Assembly: GCA_963706025.1 (NCBI GenBank)
Contig: CAVPLM010000020.1
Location: 1-64,000, forward strand
DNA from: an uncultured Actinomycetes bacterium
Lineage (GTDB): Bacteria; Actinomycetota; Thermoleophilia; RBG-16-64-13
Direction of reading: 5' to 3'
Length of the DNA stretch: 64,000 bases
Shown here: positions 40,066 through 49,961 of the stretch, in pieces
How the letters are laid out: the number at the start of each line of letters is the position of its first letter
Numbering within the stretch: the first letter of the stretch is position 1
The notes under the pieces: generated by a model
The model's database searches: none
What the model was told of the DNA's origin: nothing
What the model saw: only the letters and a program-made list of their open reading frames with translations
Translations under genes and position numbers: made by a program

Positions 40066-40788
40066 CTATCGGGCGGTGATCGTGACGCCCCGCAGTTCGA
40101 CAGCCTTGTCGCCGATGTAGATCGTCAGCACGAAGGGCCCACGGGTGATGCCGTTGGCGATGATGGCGCTGGTCGAGCCGTCTGTCTCTTTCAGACGGGC
40201 CCAGTAGCCTAGTTCGCCGTCGACCACCCCGTCGTACGTGCCGGGGGCGATGTCCTCACCTACCAGATATACCCCATCCCGGTACACACCGCCCGGCCGA
40301 ACGGGACCGGGAGCAGTCGTCGAAGTCGAGCTCTGGCCGTTCGCCAGCGCCGCCTCGAGTTCCTCCCGCAGAGCCTGATTCGCTCGATAGTAGGCCCAAT
40401 TCCGGTCCTCCACGAGGGACAGGGCCTTCTGCAGTTGGCCCAGCTGGTCCCGGGTCTCCGCGAGGAGCGCCTCGTCGCCTGAAGTCTGCGAGCGGGCGAC
40501 GAAGAAACCGATCATCACGCCCGCGAGCAGGATGACAAGGGCAACAGCCACCCGCGGCGCGAGGGAACGTGCTCCTCGGAGCCGGTTACCTTCGCGCGTG
40601 GAGAGGTCGCTCTGAGAACGCACCGGCGGTTCCCCGGAGGTGACCGGCTGCGCGGAGGTGACCGGCTGCACTGGTGCCGCCGGGGGGGTCGCCGCCGGGG
40701 AGTCGCCGCCGGGGGAGCTGCCCGGCGACCCCGGCTCGGAGGTCGACCCTCGCTTTTCCTCGGGGGTATCCAGTTCCCACTCGTCCAT
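40066..40788 (-). CDS. hypothetical membrane-anchored protein (Pro/Ser-rich N-terminus, TM, coiled coil, DGVYLVGEDIAPGTY domain)
   Basis: One TM helix; C-terminal DG.Y.VG.DI.PGTY...YWARL motif seen in actinobacterial surface proteins. Confidence 0.7.
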   Translation of the reverse strand: MDEWELDTPEEKRGSTSEPGSPGSSPGGDSPAATPPAAPVQPVTSAQPVTSGEPPVRSQSDLSTREGNRLRGARSLAPRVAVALVILLAGVMIGFFVARSQTSGDEALLAETRDQLGQLQKALSLVEDRNWAYYRANQALREELEAALANGQSSTSTTAPGPVRPGGVYRDGVYLVGEDIAPGTYDGVVDGELGYWARLKETDGSTSAIIANGITRGPFVLTIYIGDKAVELRGVTITAR

Positions 40789-40809
40789 TACAGCAGCTAT
40801 CCTATCAGC

Positions 40810-41316
40810 ATGACGCGCAAGAATCGGGCATGGATCTTCATCCCGGCCGTGATCGTGGGCCTGGCAGTGATCGGCCTGGTGATATCGAGCTTCCAAAGGG
40901 AAGCCGGCCTCATCAAGCCGGGCGAGAACGGGCGCGCCACCGTTGCCGCCGCCGCCCAGGCGCGGGAGGCCCTATCCGCGACCTCCGGTCCGGCCGGCTA
41001 CGCAGAGTTCAGCGCAGCCCTCTTGGCGGCAGCGGTGGCGCACGAGAACATGCCGATCACCAATGCGGCCGACACCCGACTCGACGATCTGCTCGGCAGC
41101 ATCCTCGATCACCTCACCGCCGCCCGGGAAGCCTGGCAGGCTGAGTTGGACGGTGCCTGGGACCCCGAGACCCACGGACGATCCGCGTACTGGAACGCCC
41201 TGCACCCTGCCTTGAGCCTCTCCGCCAATGACACTCTGACCGCCGCCGACGTGCGCGCTATCTGCGAAGCCGAGGCCGCCAAGCTACTCGAGAAAGCGAT
41301 CGATCTGGCCGGTTGA
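40810..41316 (+). CDS. hypothetical protein with N-terminal TM/signal segment
   Basis: Basic N-terminus plus hydrophobic helix; typical codon usage. Confidence 0.6.
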   Translation: MTRKNRAWIFIPAVIVGLAVIGLVISSFQREAGLIKPGENGRATVAAAAQAREALSATSGPAGYAEFSAALLAAAVAHENMPITNAADTRLDDLLGSILDHLTAAREAWQAELDGAWDPETHGRSAYWNALHPALSLSANDTLTAADVRAICEAEAAKLLEKAIDLAG

Positions 41317-41334
41317 GCGAGGGCAGGTCCGCGA

Positions 41335-42120
41335 TCAGGCAACCCGGGAGATGAAGGCCAGGAGCGCCTGGTTGAAGGCCTCCGATTGCTCAAGGTTGGA
41401 GAGGTGAGCGGCCGACTCAAGCGTCACCAGTTCCGACCCGGATATCCGCTCGTGTATAGCTTCTGCCGCGCCGACACCTGGATCCTGTTCTCCCACGATG
41501 ATCAGCGTGGGGATCGCGATCTCCGGCAGCCTCTCCAATGCGTCGTGAGTCTTCGCAGCGTGCGCGCAGCCGATGTAGCCCCGAGGGTCGGTGTCCCGGA
41601 TAATGGCCCGCACTGAGTCCACGATGTCTGGGCGATCCCTCACAAAAGCCGGAGTGAACCAGCGGTCGATGGTGGGGTCTACATGCGCTGCCATCCCCTC
41701 CCGGGCCGCGACGGCAATACGCTCGTCCAAGATGTCCCCCGCCTCGGATGTAATGCGAGCCGACGTGTCGCACAGCACCAGGCTGAGTAGTCGTTCTGGA
41801 TGGGTGAGGGCGAGCCACTGCCCGACCATGCCGCCCATGGAAAGACCCACGAAATGGGTGCGCTGCACGCCGACACCGTCCATGAGGGCGCTGACGTCCT
41901 CCACCATCTCCATGAACCTGTAGGGCCCGTCGGGTACCTCGCTCCCGCCGTGACCGCGGGTGTCGTAGCGGAGCACGCGATAACGACCCTCCAGGGCCGC
42001 CGCTTGAGGCGCCCACATGGTCAGATCGGCCGCCAGCGCATGGCTGAAGGTCACCACGGGCGCATCCGCAGGACCGGTGAACTCGTATTCAACGGCGAGG
42101 CTGTTCGCGATGATTCTCAT
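41335..42120 (-). CDS. 3-oxoadipate enol-lactonase-like alpha/beta hydrolase
   Basis: LRYDTRGHG, GLSMGG, RWFTP, IVGEQD, AAHLSNLEQ; no other pca genes in the window. Confidence 0.85.
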   Translation of the reverse strand: MRIIANSLAVEYEFTGPADAPVVTFSHALAADLTMWAPQAAALEGRYRVLRYDTRGHGGSEVPDGPYRFMEMVEDVSALMDGVGVQRTHFVGLSMGGMVGQWLALTHPERLLSLVLCDTSARITSEAGDILDERIAVAAREGMAAHVDPTIDRWFTPAFVRDRPDIVDSVRAIIRDTDPRGYIGCAHAAKTHDALERLPEIAIPTLIIVGEQDPGVGAAEAIHERISGSELVTLESAAHLSNLEQSEAFNQALLAFISRVA

Positions 42121-42197
42121 CCCGGGAGATTCTACCTCTCCTCCGGTCTGCTACAATGCCCGCGCCTGCGCGAACCCGCACATGGGAGGGTCCTTCC

Positions 42198-42650
42198 GTG
42201 CTGGCGACCGAGACAGCCGAACTAGTCCCCGTATTGCAGACGGCCATCGGGCCGGTCGTAATGATATCGGGCGTAGGTCTGCTCCTGCTGACCATGACCA
42301 ACCGGCTGGCCCGAGTGGTCGACCGCTCCCGAATGCTGGCTCGTCAGGTGAGGGAGACCCGCGATGAGGCCAAGGAGCCCATACGGGCACAACTGCGCAT
42401 CTTGAAACATCGAGCGGGGCTCATACGCCGGGCCATCGCCCTGGCTACGTTCTGCGTCCTCTTCGCCGCCATCTTGATCATCGCCCTTTTTGTCACCGCG
42501 CTGTTCAGCGTGGACATCCCCTGGCTGGTCGCAGTGCTCTTCATTCTCAGCATGGGCAGTCTCATCGCCTCGATCGTGTACTTCATCCGGGACGTCAACT
42601 ACTCGCTCGCGGCCATCAAGCTCGAAGTGGGCGAAGACTGGGAGGACTGA
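42198..42650 (+). CDS. DUF2721-family membrane protein
   Basis: LQTAIGPVVMISGVGLLLLTMTNRLARVVDRSR, three TM segments; GTG after GGGAGG. Confidence 0.85.
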   Translation: MLATETAELVPVLQTAIGPVVMISGVGLLLLTMTNRLARVVDRSRMLARQVRETRDEAKEPIRAQLRILKHRAGLIRRAIALATFCVLFAAILIIALFVTALFSVDIPWLVAVLFILSMGSLIASIVYFIRDVNYSLAAIKLEVGEDWED

Positions 42651-42677
42651 TCGGGTGGTACCGGCCCGCTGATTGAT

Positions 42678-43229
42678 ATGGATCTCTCCCGTTTCGATAG
42701 CATGGACGCCTCCGATCTCCGGAGCTATCTCGCCTTCCTCCTCTGGCATTACCGGGTGATGGACAGCTTCTGGTTCCTGTGCGTGGCAGAAGAGAGTAGT
42801 CAGCCCGTCGCCGAGCGGTTGAACGAGCAAGTGTGGGCACGGGTATCCGGTCTGGCCGCCCGCGATCTCATCACCCGTTTCGCGATCACCGAACAGGGTC
42901 TCGAGGGGTTCGTCAAAGTCCTGCGCCTCTATCCCTGGGCCGCTTTGATCGGGTATCAGATAGAGGAGTCGCCAGATGAGGTGGTTCTGACGGTGCCTTG
43001 CTGCGCGACTCAAGAAGCGCGGCGGCGGCGGGGTCTCGAGGAGTATCTCTGCTCGGACATGCACCGCCGGGAATTCCTGGGCATAGCCGCCGAGATCGAC
43101 TCCCGGATCCAGGTGCGCTGCGACTACGCACCTCCCGGAGCGCGGCCGACCGGCTCGGACTGCCGCTGGCGCTTCACGCTGGGCGCCTCACCGGCTGAGA
43201 CCGGACCGCTCACAAGCGATATCCCGTGA
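42678..43229 (+). CDS. conserved hypothetical protein (DUF6125-like, Cys-containing)
   Basis: DSFWFL..E, A..LNEQVW, C..Q.AR...GL....C, F....D.RI.V.C..PP...C.W.F pattern. Confidence 0.7.
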   Translation: MDLSRFDSMDASDLRSYLAFLLWHYRVMDSFWFLCVAEESSQPVAERLNEQVWARVSGLAARDLITRFAITEQGLEGFVKVLRLYPWAALIGYQIEESPDEVVLTVPCCATQEARRRRGLEEYLCSDMHRREFLGIAAEIDSRIQVRCDYAPPGARPTGSDCRWRFTLGASPAETGPLTSDIP

Positions 43230-43618
43230 GATCGCGGTCTCTATGGTTATTGGCGGTCGCCGTGGCCTGGTCGCTGGTGTTCGCGTTGGTGGCTGTCGCT
43301 TGCGAGGACACCGTGACCGATAGCGGGGTCAGAGGCGAAGTGCGCATCGGTCCGGTGAATCCCGTCGAACAGCCCGGGGTCGACAACACCGCTCCCTACG
43401 CCTCCAAGCTGGTGGTCAGGAGCGTCCCCGACGGGGAGGCGGTCGCCGAGACCGTCTCTGGAAAGGACGGACTGTTCGTCATCCTTCTGGCGCCGGGGGA
43501 ATACATCCTGGTGCCGGAGAACGGTGATCCCCTGCCGGTCGCCACACCGCAGGCCTTCACGGTCGTCGCGGGCCGATTCACGACGGTGAACGTGGCTTAC
43601 GACTCGGGGATACGCTGA
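43226..43618 (+). CDS. lipoprotein with carboxypeptidase-regulatory-like beta domain
   Basis: Lipobox AVAC; SGVRG.V.IGP, DG.F...L.PG.Y, YDSGIR. Confidence 0.75.
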   Translation: MRSRSLWLLAVAVAWSLVFALVAVACEDTVTDSGVRGEVRIGPVNPVEQPGVDNTAPYASKLVVRSVPDGEAVAETVSGKDGLFVILLAPGEYILVPENGDPLPVATPQAFTVVAGRFTTVNVAYDSGIR

Positions 43619-44022
43619 TCGTTTCGACCCTTCAGAGTGACGATGTGCACGGTCACCCCCACGGCTACCAGAAACAGAAGGGCTCGCGCCCACCACTGCG
43701 ACACGAACAGCACGGCGCTCAACGTGATCACTCCCCAGAGCAGGACGAGAGCAGGGGTCTTGACCTTCCAGGAGATCCCCCGACCTTGCAGATAGTCGGA
43801 GAGGTATCGCCCGAACAGGCGGTTGGTGGTCAGCCACCGATAGCTTCGCTCGGAGCTTCGCCCGTAGCAGATCGCCGCCAGCAGCAAGAAAGGCGTGGTG
43901 GGAAGTACCGGGATCACGACGCCCACCATTCCCAGGGCCAGAAAGAGCGAGCCGGCCACGAACAGCGCCACGCGGCGCCCGCGACGAGGCCGAACACGAG
44001 CGGATGGGGGGCTGGTATCCAC
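43597..44022 (-). CDS. YbaN (DUF454) family membrane protein
   Basis: LGMVGVVIPVLPTTPFLLLAA.CY.RSS.R...WL...FG. Confidence 0.92.
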   Translation of the reverse strand: MDTSPPSARVRPRRGRRVALFVAGSLFLALGMVGVVIPVLPTTPFLLLAAICYGRSSERSYRWLTTNRLFGRYLSDYLQGRGISWKVKTPALVLLWGVITLSAVLFVSQWWARALLFLVAVGVTVHIVTLKGRNDQRIPES

Positions 44023-44154
44023 CCCTCTAGCTTACCAATGCCGTTCCGTATCGGTGGCAAAGAGCACGTAACGGCCTCGAGCAGACCTGATGCCGAGGCG
44101 GCCCGGCGGGTAGAATCAACAGCGACGCTGAAACCGCAATAGAAAGGGACCAGT

Positions 44155-44616
44155 GTGTTGACGGAGGTAGAACAGCTGCGCGAGTTCAAGATCTTCGAAG
44201 AGCTGAACGAGCGTGAGTTGGAGTCGATAGCCAAGATCGCGAAGACCGAGGAGCTGGGCCCAGGAGCCCACCTCACCGAGGCGGGGTCGGTGGCCTCCAA
44301 CCTGTACCTGGTCAAGAAAGGCCGGGTCGCCATCTTGGCCAGAGGTCCAAAGGGCAAAGAGGTGCCGGTCGATGAGGTCGGCCCAGGAGATATCGTGGGG
44401 TGGTCGACCGTCACAGGCCCGTATCTCTATACGGCGTCGACGGTGACTACGGAGAAGTCGACGCTGATCGTGATCAACGGTAACAAGCTCAGGCAGATCT
44501 TCGAGGTGAACAATCACGTGGGCTACCGGGTGCTGAAAGGCATAGGCAGCGTCGTCGCCCGCAGGATCACCGCTTTCGAGAAGAAATGCGCCCACTACAC
44601 CGGAGAGAACGGTTGA
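44155..44616 (+). CDS. stand-alone cyclic-nucleotide-binding domain protein
   Basis: IFEEL...EL..IA, LYLVKKGRV, GPGDIVGWS, YTAS. Confidence 0.85.
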   Translation: MLTEVEQLREFKIFEELNERELESIAKIAKTEELGPGAHLTEAGSVASNLYLVKKGRVAILARGPKGKEVPVDEVGPGDIVGWSTVTGPYLYTASTVTTEKSTLIVINGNKLRQIFEVNNHVGYRVLKGIGSVVARRITAFEKKCAHYTGENG

Positions 44617-44655
44617 CCAGGAACCGGTAGGCGCGGGGCCGGCTGAACCGTCACT

Positions 44656-45867
44656 CTAGCCGGAGTTCTCGGTCTCTCCCGAAACCCGGTGAAGGTACAG
44701 CGACAGGAGAGAGAGGGCGGCCGCGAGCACGAAGGCCAGCCCGATAGCCACCCGGAAGCCAAGCGACTCGGCGATCGGCCCGATCAGATAGGGAAAGATG
44801 ATCCGTCCCAGAGCTCCGGCCATGATGACCCCCGAGAACACCACCCCTGCGTGCCATTTCGGAAACCGAGCGGAGAAGCTCAGGATCAGGGGAAAAGCCG
44901 CCGATGCTCCCAGCCCCGAGAGGAACGACATGACCATCGACATCGCCGGAGTGGTGGAGAGCGCCACTCCTAGGGCGAATACGGCCATGACCGCACTGCC
45001 GGCCATGAGCAGCCTCGAGGCGAGGTAGCGTCGAGTCAGGGGCACGATGATGATCCTGCCGATTATGAGGCCGGCCCAGAACAACGTGACCGCCAGGCTG
45101 GCCACCGTCTTGCTGACGGCAAAGACGTCGATCTCGAACTTCGCCAGCCACACGTTGAGGATGAACTCGGAGCCTATGTAGAGGACCGACGCACCCAGGA
45201 CGGCCCAGAACAGACGGGAATTGAACCCGATCACCTCCCGGAGCTTGCGCATGCGCAGGTTTTCCCGGCCCTTGATGTCCGAAACCGGCATGAGGGTGAG
45301 CAGCACGGCCAAGCCCAGGGAGAGGACGGCTTCGGCGATGAGCACCCACCTCCAAGAGGCTCCCAGCCCCAGCGCGGCCCCGATCGCCAGAGGCGTCACC
45401 ATCATCCCCGCCGCGAAGAACAGCAGGAGGACGACCATGGCGCGCGCGGTCGCCACTTTGTTGTGCGAGGTGACCCACATCCCGGGCAGGCTGTTCAGAA
45501 AGACGCAGCCGGCGCCCACCACCACGTAGGCTCCGAACAGCGACCACAACCCAGTGGCCAGAAGACCTGCGGCCGCGAGCCCCAGGGTCTGCAGCCATGC
45601 AGCCCCGATAAGCGTCCACTGCACCGGGACGCGCGCCAGCGCCAGGTTCAGGGCCAGAACCCCGGCCAGCATACCGAGGGCGTAGCCCACCGAGGTGAGC
45701 CCCGCTTGTGACAGGGGTATGCCAAGATCCTTGACCGTGGGATCGAGAATGGGACCCAGGGAGATCATGACCACGCCCACTATGAACGTGGTGGCGTAGA
45801 GCGATGCGGGAGTAGCGGGAGTGTATGAGTTCGGTTCGGGAGTCACCGGCCCAGTATGAACGGGCAT
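44656..45867 (-). CDS. MFS transporter (FucP/TsgA-like)
   Basis: About 12 hydrophobic segments; SLGPILD, LYIGSE, FWAGLIIGR; start approximate. Confidence 0.85.
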   Translation of the reverse strand: MPVHTGPVTPEPNSYTPATPASLYATTFIVGVVMISLGPILDPTVKDLGIPLSQAGLTSVGYALGMLAGVLALNLALARVPVQWTLIGAAWLQTLGLAAAGLLATGLWSLFGAYVVVGAGCVFLNSLPGMWVTSHNKVATARAMVVLLLFFAAGMMVTPLAIGAALGLGASWRWVLIAEAVLSLGLAVLLTLMPVSDIKGRENLRMRKLREVIGFNSRLFWAVLGASVLYIGSEFILNVWLAKFEIDVFAVSKTVASLAVTLFWAGLIIGRIIIVPLTRRYLASRLLMAGSAVMAVFALGVALSTTPAMSMVMSFLSGLGASAAFPLILSFSARFPKWHAGVVFSGVIMAGALGRIIFPYLIGPIAESLGFRVAIGLAFVLAAALSLLSLYLHRVSGETENSG

Positions 45868-45987
45868 AAGTCCTGGCACAAGCGCTGGTCCCGGGCGGAG
45901 AACGGGTGATGGAGGCTGAGGGCGCGGGCGTTGGGGCCGCGTGACGGTCGGGCTGCCGGCTCGCTTTCGTTGATACCCTGATAAGCC

Positions 45988-47403
45988 ATGAAGCCACTGA
46001 GCAGAGCTGATCCCCGCCTGGCCCGTGGCGACCAGACCATGGTGCTCATCGTAACGACGATGGCCGGGTTCCTGGCGGCCTTCATGGGATCGGCCATCAA
46101 CATCGCCCTGCCGCTCATCGGGTTGGAATTCCAGGCCTCGGCGGTGACCCTGAGCTGGATCTCTCTCGCCTATATTCTCGCGGCCGGCGCGGTGCTCATG
46201 CCTGTGGGTCGGATCGCCGACCTCTACGGCCGCAAGCGGATCTTCGTGTGGGGCATGCTGGTGTTCGCCCTGGTAGCGTTCGCTTCGGCCCTGGCTCCGT
46301 CGGAGACGGTGCTCATCGCGCTGCGGGTCGTCCAGGGCCTGGGGGCGGCGCTGGTGTTCGCCACCGGCACCGCCATGGTCACCCTGGCTTATCCACCCCA
46401 GGCCCGGGGACGAGCTCTGGGACTCAATGTGGCCGGCGTCTACCTGGGCCTCACCCTGGGCCCGGTGATCGGGGGCGTCATCATCCACAACCTCGGCTGG
46501 CGCGCCCTCTTCTACGTAGTGGGAGGCCTCGCTCTGATCAACTGGCTCCTACCCGTGTGGACACTGCGCGCAGTGGAATGGCGGGAACCCAAGCAGGCCC
46601 CCTTCGACATCCTCGGCTCAGTCATCTACGCTCTGGCTCTACCGGCCTTCCTCCTGGGATTCACGTGGCTCCCCGACTTGCTCGGGCTACTGCTCATCGT
46701 GGTGGGCGCGATCGGACTGGCAGTCTTCCTATGGTGGGAGACTCGAGCGGCCGATCCGGTGCTGAATGTCAGCCTGCTGCGTCGCAACCGGGTCTTCGCC
46801 TATTCGAACGCGGCTGCGGCCATCAACTACGCCGCCACCTTCGCGATGACGTTCCTCATGAGCCTCTACCTGCAGTACACCAGGGGACTCGATCCCCAGA
46901 CCGCCGGCTTCATCCTGGTGGCCGGTACCTTCGTGCAGACGGCCTTCTCCCCAGTGGCCGGCAGGCTCTCGGACCGCGTACAGGCGCGCTGGGTGGCCTC
47001 CGCTGGCATGGCTGTGTGCGCTTTGGGACTGCTGGCTTTCGTCTTCCTCGGTGAGGAGACCCCTTACTGGTACATCGTCACCATGCTGTGCATACTAGGT
47101 CTGGGCTTCGCGTTCTTCTCCTCCCCCATAGCACACACGATCATGGGGAGCGTGGAAAAGCGCTACTTTGGCGTCGCCTCGGCGACGTTGGGGACGATGC
47201 GCCTGGCCGGGCAGAACATCAGCCTTGGCATAGCCACCCTGGTGTTGGCTCTCGTGGTCGGCCGGCACGTCATCGAGCCCGGGGACTATTCGAGTCTGCT
47301 CACCAGCGTGCGGATCTGCTTCGCCATCTTCACGGTGCTTTGTGCGGTGGGAGTAGCGGCCTCGCTCGTTGGACCGCGGCGCGATGAGCTGGAGCACGCC
47401 TGA
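45988..47403 (+). CDS. MFS transporter, DHA2 (14-TMS) family
   Basis: INIALP, GRIADLYGRKR, RVVQGLG, RGRALG...GPVIGG, LGWR, GRLSDR. Confidence 0.92.
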   Translation: MKPLSRADPRLARGDQTMVLIVTTMAGFLAAFMGSAINIALPLIGLEFQASAVTLSWISLAYILAAGAVLMPVGRIADLYGRKRIFVWGMLVFALVAFASALAPSETVLIALRVVQGLGAALVFATGTAMVTLAYPPQARGRALGLNVAGVYLGLTLGPVIGGVIIHNLGWRALFYVVGGLALINWLLPVWTLRAVEWREPKQAPFDILGSVIYALALPAFLLGFTWLPDLLGLLLIVVGAIGLAVFLWWETRAADPVLNVSLLRRNRVFAYSNAAAAINYAATFAMTFLMSLYLQYTRGLDPQTAGFILVAGTFVQTAFSPVAGRLSDRVQARWVASAGMAVCALGLLAFVFLGEETPYWYIVTMLCILGLGFAFFSSPIAHTIMGSVEKRYFGVASATLGTMRLAGQNISLGIATLVLALVVGRHVIEPGDYSSLLTSVRICFAIFTVLCAVGVAASLVGPRRDELEHA

Positions 47404-48671
47404 TCCACTGGATGGAGCGCGTCAAGCCGGGCCGCTGCGGCACAGTGCAGCCGGCAGCCAGGGGACCAGCCTAATCCGCGCGACGAAGCACTCTCCCCCG
47501 AGATCCGGCCCAGTACGAGCGCGAGCCCCATCACAACGGCAGGAAGTATCGCCGTGAGGCCGATGGCCACCCGCAGACCGAGAGCTTCGGCCACCGGCCC
47601 CGTCAGATAGGAGAACACCGCGCTTCCCAGAGTGCCGGTCAGCATGATCCCTGAGTAGGCCACCCCAGCGTACCAGCGGGGGAAGCGGTTCGTGTATCCC
47701 CCGATGAGGGGAAAGATCACCGAGGCACCCAGACCGGCAACGAACACACTGGCAAGAGACAGCAGGAGGGTGGGCGAAAGCACGGTGGCCAGGATGAACA
47801 GGGTCTCAACGGCAGCGAACACCATCAGCAGGCGGAAGGGCTGCACCCAGCGAGTCAGGGGCACGGTCAGGTACCGGCCGATGGTGATGCCCGCCCAAAG
47901 CAGGGTCACGCTGATCGCCGCCGCCGACTGACTGGCTCCATGAGTATCTATCTCGAACTTAGGCAGCCACACGCCGAGAATGGCTTCGGATCCCACGTAG
48001 AGGAACACGATGGTCAACATGAGCGCGAGGAGCCGCGGGGCGAAGCCGGCCATCTCTTTCAAGTGGCGGGCGCGGAGATTCTCCCTGCCCTTGACATCCG
48101 GCAACCGTGAGGCCATCAGAGCGACCGCCATGAGCGCCGAGAAGACCGCTTCGCCTACGAACACCCATCTCCAGGTGGCGCCGAGACTGAGGGCCGCTCC
48201 TATGGCCAGCGGTGCGACGACCACCCCCAGTGCGAAGAAGGCCAGCACCAGGAGCATCGCCCTATGCGCACCCTCGCGCAGGTGCGCCCCTACCCACACG
48301 CCGGCAATCGCATTGGGGATCACAGCGGTCAGCCCGGCGACGAGAAGGGCACCGAAGAGGGGCCAGAGGCTGGAGGCCAAGAGACCCGCCACAGCAAGCG
48401 CCCCAGCCTGGACCCAGGCGGCACCGACCAGGGTCCACTTGAGCGGCACCCGCGCCAACACGAAGCTGAGCAACAGCACTCCCAGCACCCGGCCCAGGAA
48501 GAAACCGAGCGAGAGTATCCCCCCCTTCGCGAGGGGGATGTTCAGGTCACGGAGGATCGGATCCAGCAACGGACCCAGCGAGATGAGCATCACCCCAGCA
48601 AAGAGCTGGGTCGGATAGAGAAGCGCAAGGGAATGGGAAGATCTGTTGGTCTGAGTATCTTGCGAGATCAC
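47286..48671 (-). CDS. MFS transporter, paralog of 44656..45867; true stop probably near 47470
   Basis: MLISLGPLLDPILRDL.IPL, KGRENLR, LYVGSE, KFEID. The C-terminal extension overlaps the convergent gene, suggesting a late frameshift. Confidence 0.85.
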   Translation of the reverse strand: MISQDTQTNRSSHSLALLYPTQLFAGVMLISLGPLLDPILRDLNIPLAKGGILSLGFFLGRVLGVLLLSFVLARVPLKWTLVGAAWVQAGALAVAGLLASSLWPLFGALLVAGLTAVIPNAIAGVWVGAHLREGAHRAMLLVLAFFALGVVVAPLAIGAALSLGATWRWVFVGEAVFSALMAVALMASRLPDVKGRENLRARHLKEMAGFAPRLLALMLTIVFLYVGSEAILGVWLPKFEIDTHGASQSAAAISVTLLWAGITIGRYLTVPLTRWVQPFRLLMVFAAVETLFILATVLSPTLLLSLASVFVAGLGASVIFPLIGGYTNRFPRWYAGVAYSGIMLTGTLGSAVFSYLTGPVAEALGLRVAIGLTAILPAVVMGLALVLGRISGESASSRGLGWSPGCRLHCAAAARLDALHPVDQACSSSSRRGPTSEAATPTAQSTVKMAKQIRTLVSRLE

Positions 48672-48736
48672 GGGAGTACTATGGACTCGAGCCTTGCTCC
48701 CGTCAATCGCCGATCGACCGACGTCAGGACCTGCCC

Positions 48737-49882
48737 ATGCGCCCCAAACCGTTCGCTCTCGAGCGCTATTTCGCCCGGCATGAGTTCAGCGCCCGCTGTC
48801 TCCTGTCGACCTCGGACTGTCAAGGCTTGGCGATGGCCGATCTTGTTGCCGGCGCCGATACCGACCTGAAAAAGCGCTGGGAGGCGCTGCGCCTGGGTTA
48901 TACCGAGTCACAGGGTCTGCCGGAGCTGCGTGGGGAAATAGCCGGGCTCTATCAAGGGGCGAACCCTGAAGAGATCCTGGTCACTGCCCCGGAAGAGGCG
49001 GTCTTTCTGGTCATGAACGCCCTCCTCGAACCGGGGGACCACGTCATCTGCACCTTTCCCGGGTATCAGTCCCTGTACGAGCTTGCGGTCTCGATAGGCT
49101 GCGAGGTGACGTTCTGGGAACCTTCGGAGGCCGACGGATGGTGGTTCGACCCGGACCGGCTCAAAGGGTGGCTGCGCCCCGACACCAAGTTGGTGGTCTG
49201 GAACTTCCCTCACAACCCCACGGGAGCACTTCCGTCGATGGAGGACTTCGCCGGCATGGTGGCTGCTGCCGAGTCGGTCGGGGCATGGGTGCTGTCCGAC
49301 GAGATGTATCGATTGCTGGAACCGACGGCGGAGATGCGTCTGCCTGCCGCCGCCGACGTGTACGAGAAGGCCGTCTCCCTATCGGGGATGTCCAAGGCGT
49401 TCGGGCTGGCTGGGTTGCGCATCGGCTGGGTAGCCACCCACGACCCTCTGCTCCTCGAGAGGATGAGTCTGCTCAAGGACTACACCACCATCTGCAGCAG
49501 CGCGCCCAGCGAGCTGCTGGCGCTGATGGCTCTCCGGCAGCAGGAGAGCATCCTCGGCGCCCATCGCGAGCGCGTGCGCCGCAACGTCGAGGCCGCGGGC
49601 GAGTTCTTCGTCCGTCACGGCACTAGGTTCCGGTGGGTGCCCCCGCGCGGCGGCACCGTCTGCCTCCCCCGCCTGCTAACTCAGAGCGCGGGAGCGCCGA
49701 CGACCGCGGTCGAGGGGACCGAGGCCTTCTGCGCGCGCGTGCTCCGGGACACCGGGGTACTACTGCTGCCCTCGATCGTTTACGACTACGGCGACGAGCA
49801 CTTCCGCCTGGGACTGGGCAGGGAGGACTTCGCCGAGGGCCTGGATGTTCTGGACGCCTATCTGACGAGCCGCCGCAGCTGA
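48737..49882 (+). CDS. PLP-dependent aminotransferase class I/II-fold enzyme
   Basis: LGYTESQG.PELR, NFPHNPTG, SDEMY, SGMSKAFGLAGLRIGW. Confidence 0.9.
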   Translation: MRPKPFALERYFARHEFSARCLLSTSDCQGLAMADLVAGADTDLKKRWEALRLGYTESQGLPELRGEIAGLYQGANPEEILVTAPEEAVFLVMNALLEPGDHVICTFPGYQSLYELAVSIGCEVTFWEPSEADGWWFDPDRLKGWLRPDTKLVVWNFPHNPTGALPSMEDFAGMVAAAESVGAWVLSDEMYRLLEPTAEMRLPAAADVYEKAVSLSGMSKAFGLAGLRIGWVATHDPLLLERMSLLKDYTTICSSAPSELLALMALRQQESILGAHRERVRRNVEAAGEFFVRHGTRFRWVPPRGGTVCLPRLLTQSAGAPTTAVEGTEAFCARVLRDTGVLLLPSIVYDYGDEHFRLGLGREDFAEGLDVLDAYLTSRRS

Positions 49883-49917
49883 ACTCCTAAGCGACCGCAC
49901 GGACCGGGCCGATGGGG

Positions 49918-49946
49918 GGGCGGGCCCGCGTCCCGCGGGCCCGCCC
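49918..49946. terminator. GC-rich hairpin between convergent genes
   Basis: GGGCGGGCCCGCG-TCC-CGCGGGCCCGCCC, a 13-bp perfect stem. Confidence 0.65.
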
Positions 49947-49961
49947 ATACGAACCGTGGAC

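Noticed and set aside
40635-40669. 18-bp-period tandem duplication encoding QPVTS twice
   Set aside because: Ordinary slippage in a disordered N-terminal linker.
41335-42120. Beta-ketoadipate pathway inferred from the pcaD-like gene
   Set aside because: No pcaB/C/G/H or cat genes nearby; the family is broad and the context is anaerobic.
31095-43223. Identical 17-mer CGCTCACAAGCGATATC at 31095-31111 and 43207-43223
   Set aside because: Only two copies in different contexts (promoter versus the 3' end of a CDS), and the second lacks the GCCGATAT extension; treated as probable coincidence.
48737-49882. Capreomycidine-synthase-like enzyme implying an antibiotic cluster
   Set aside because: No NRPS or other biosynthetic genes; this aminotransferase subfamily is widespread.
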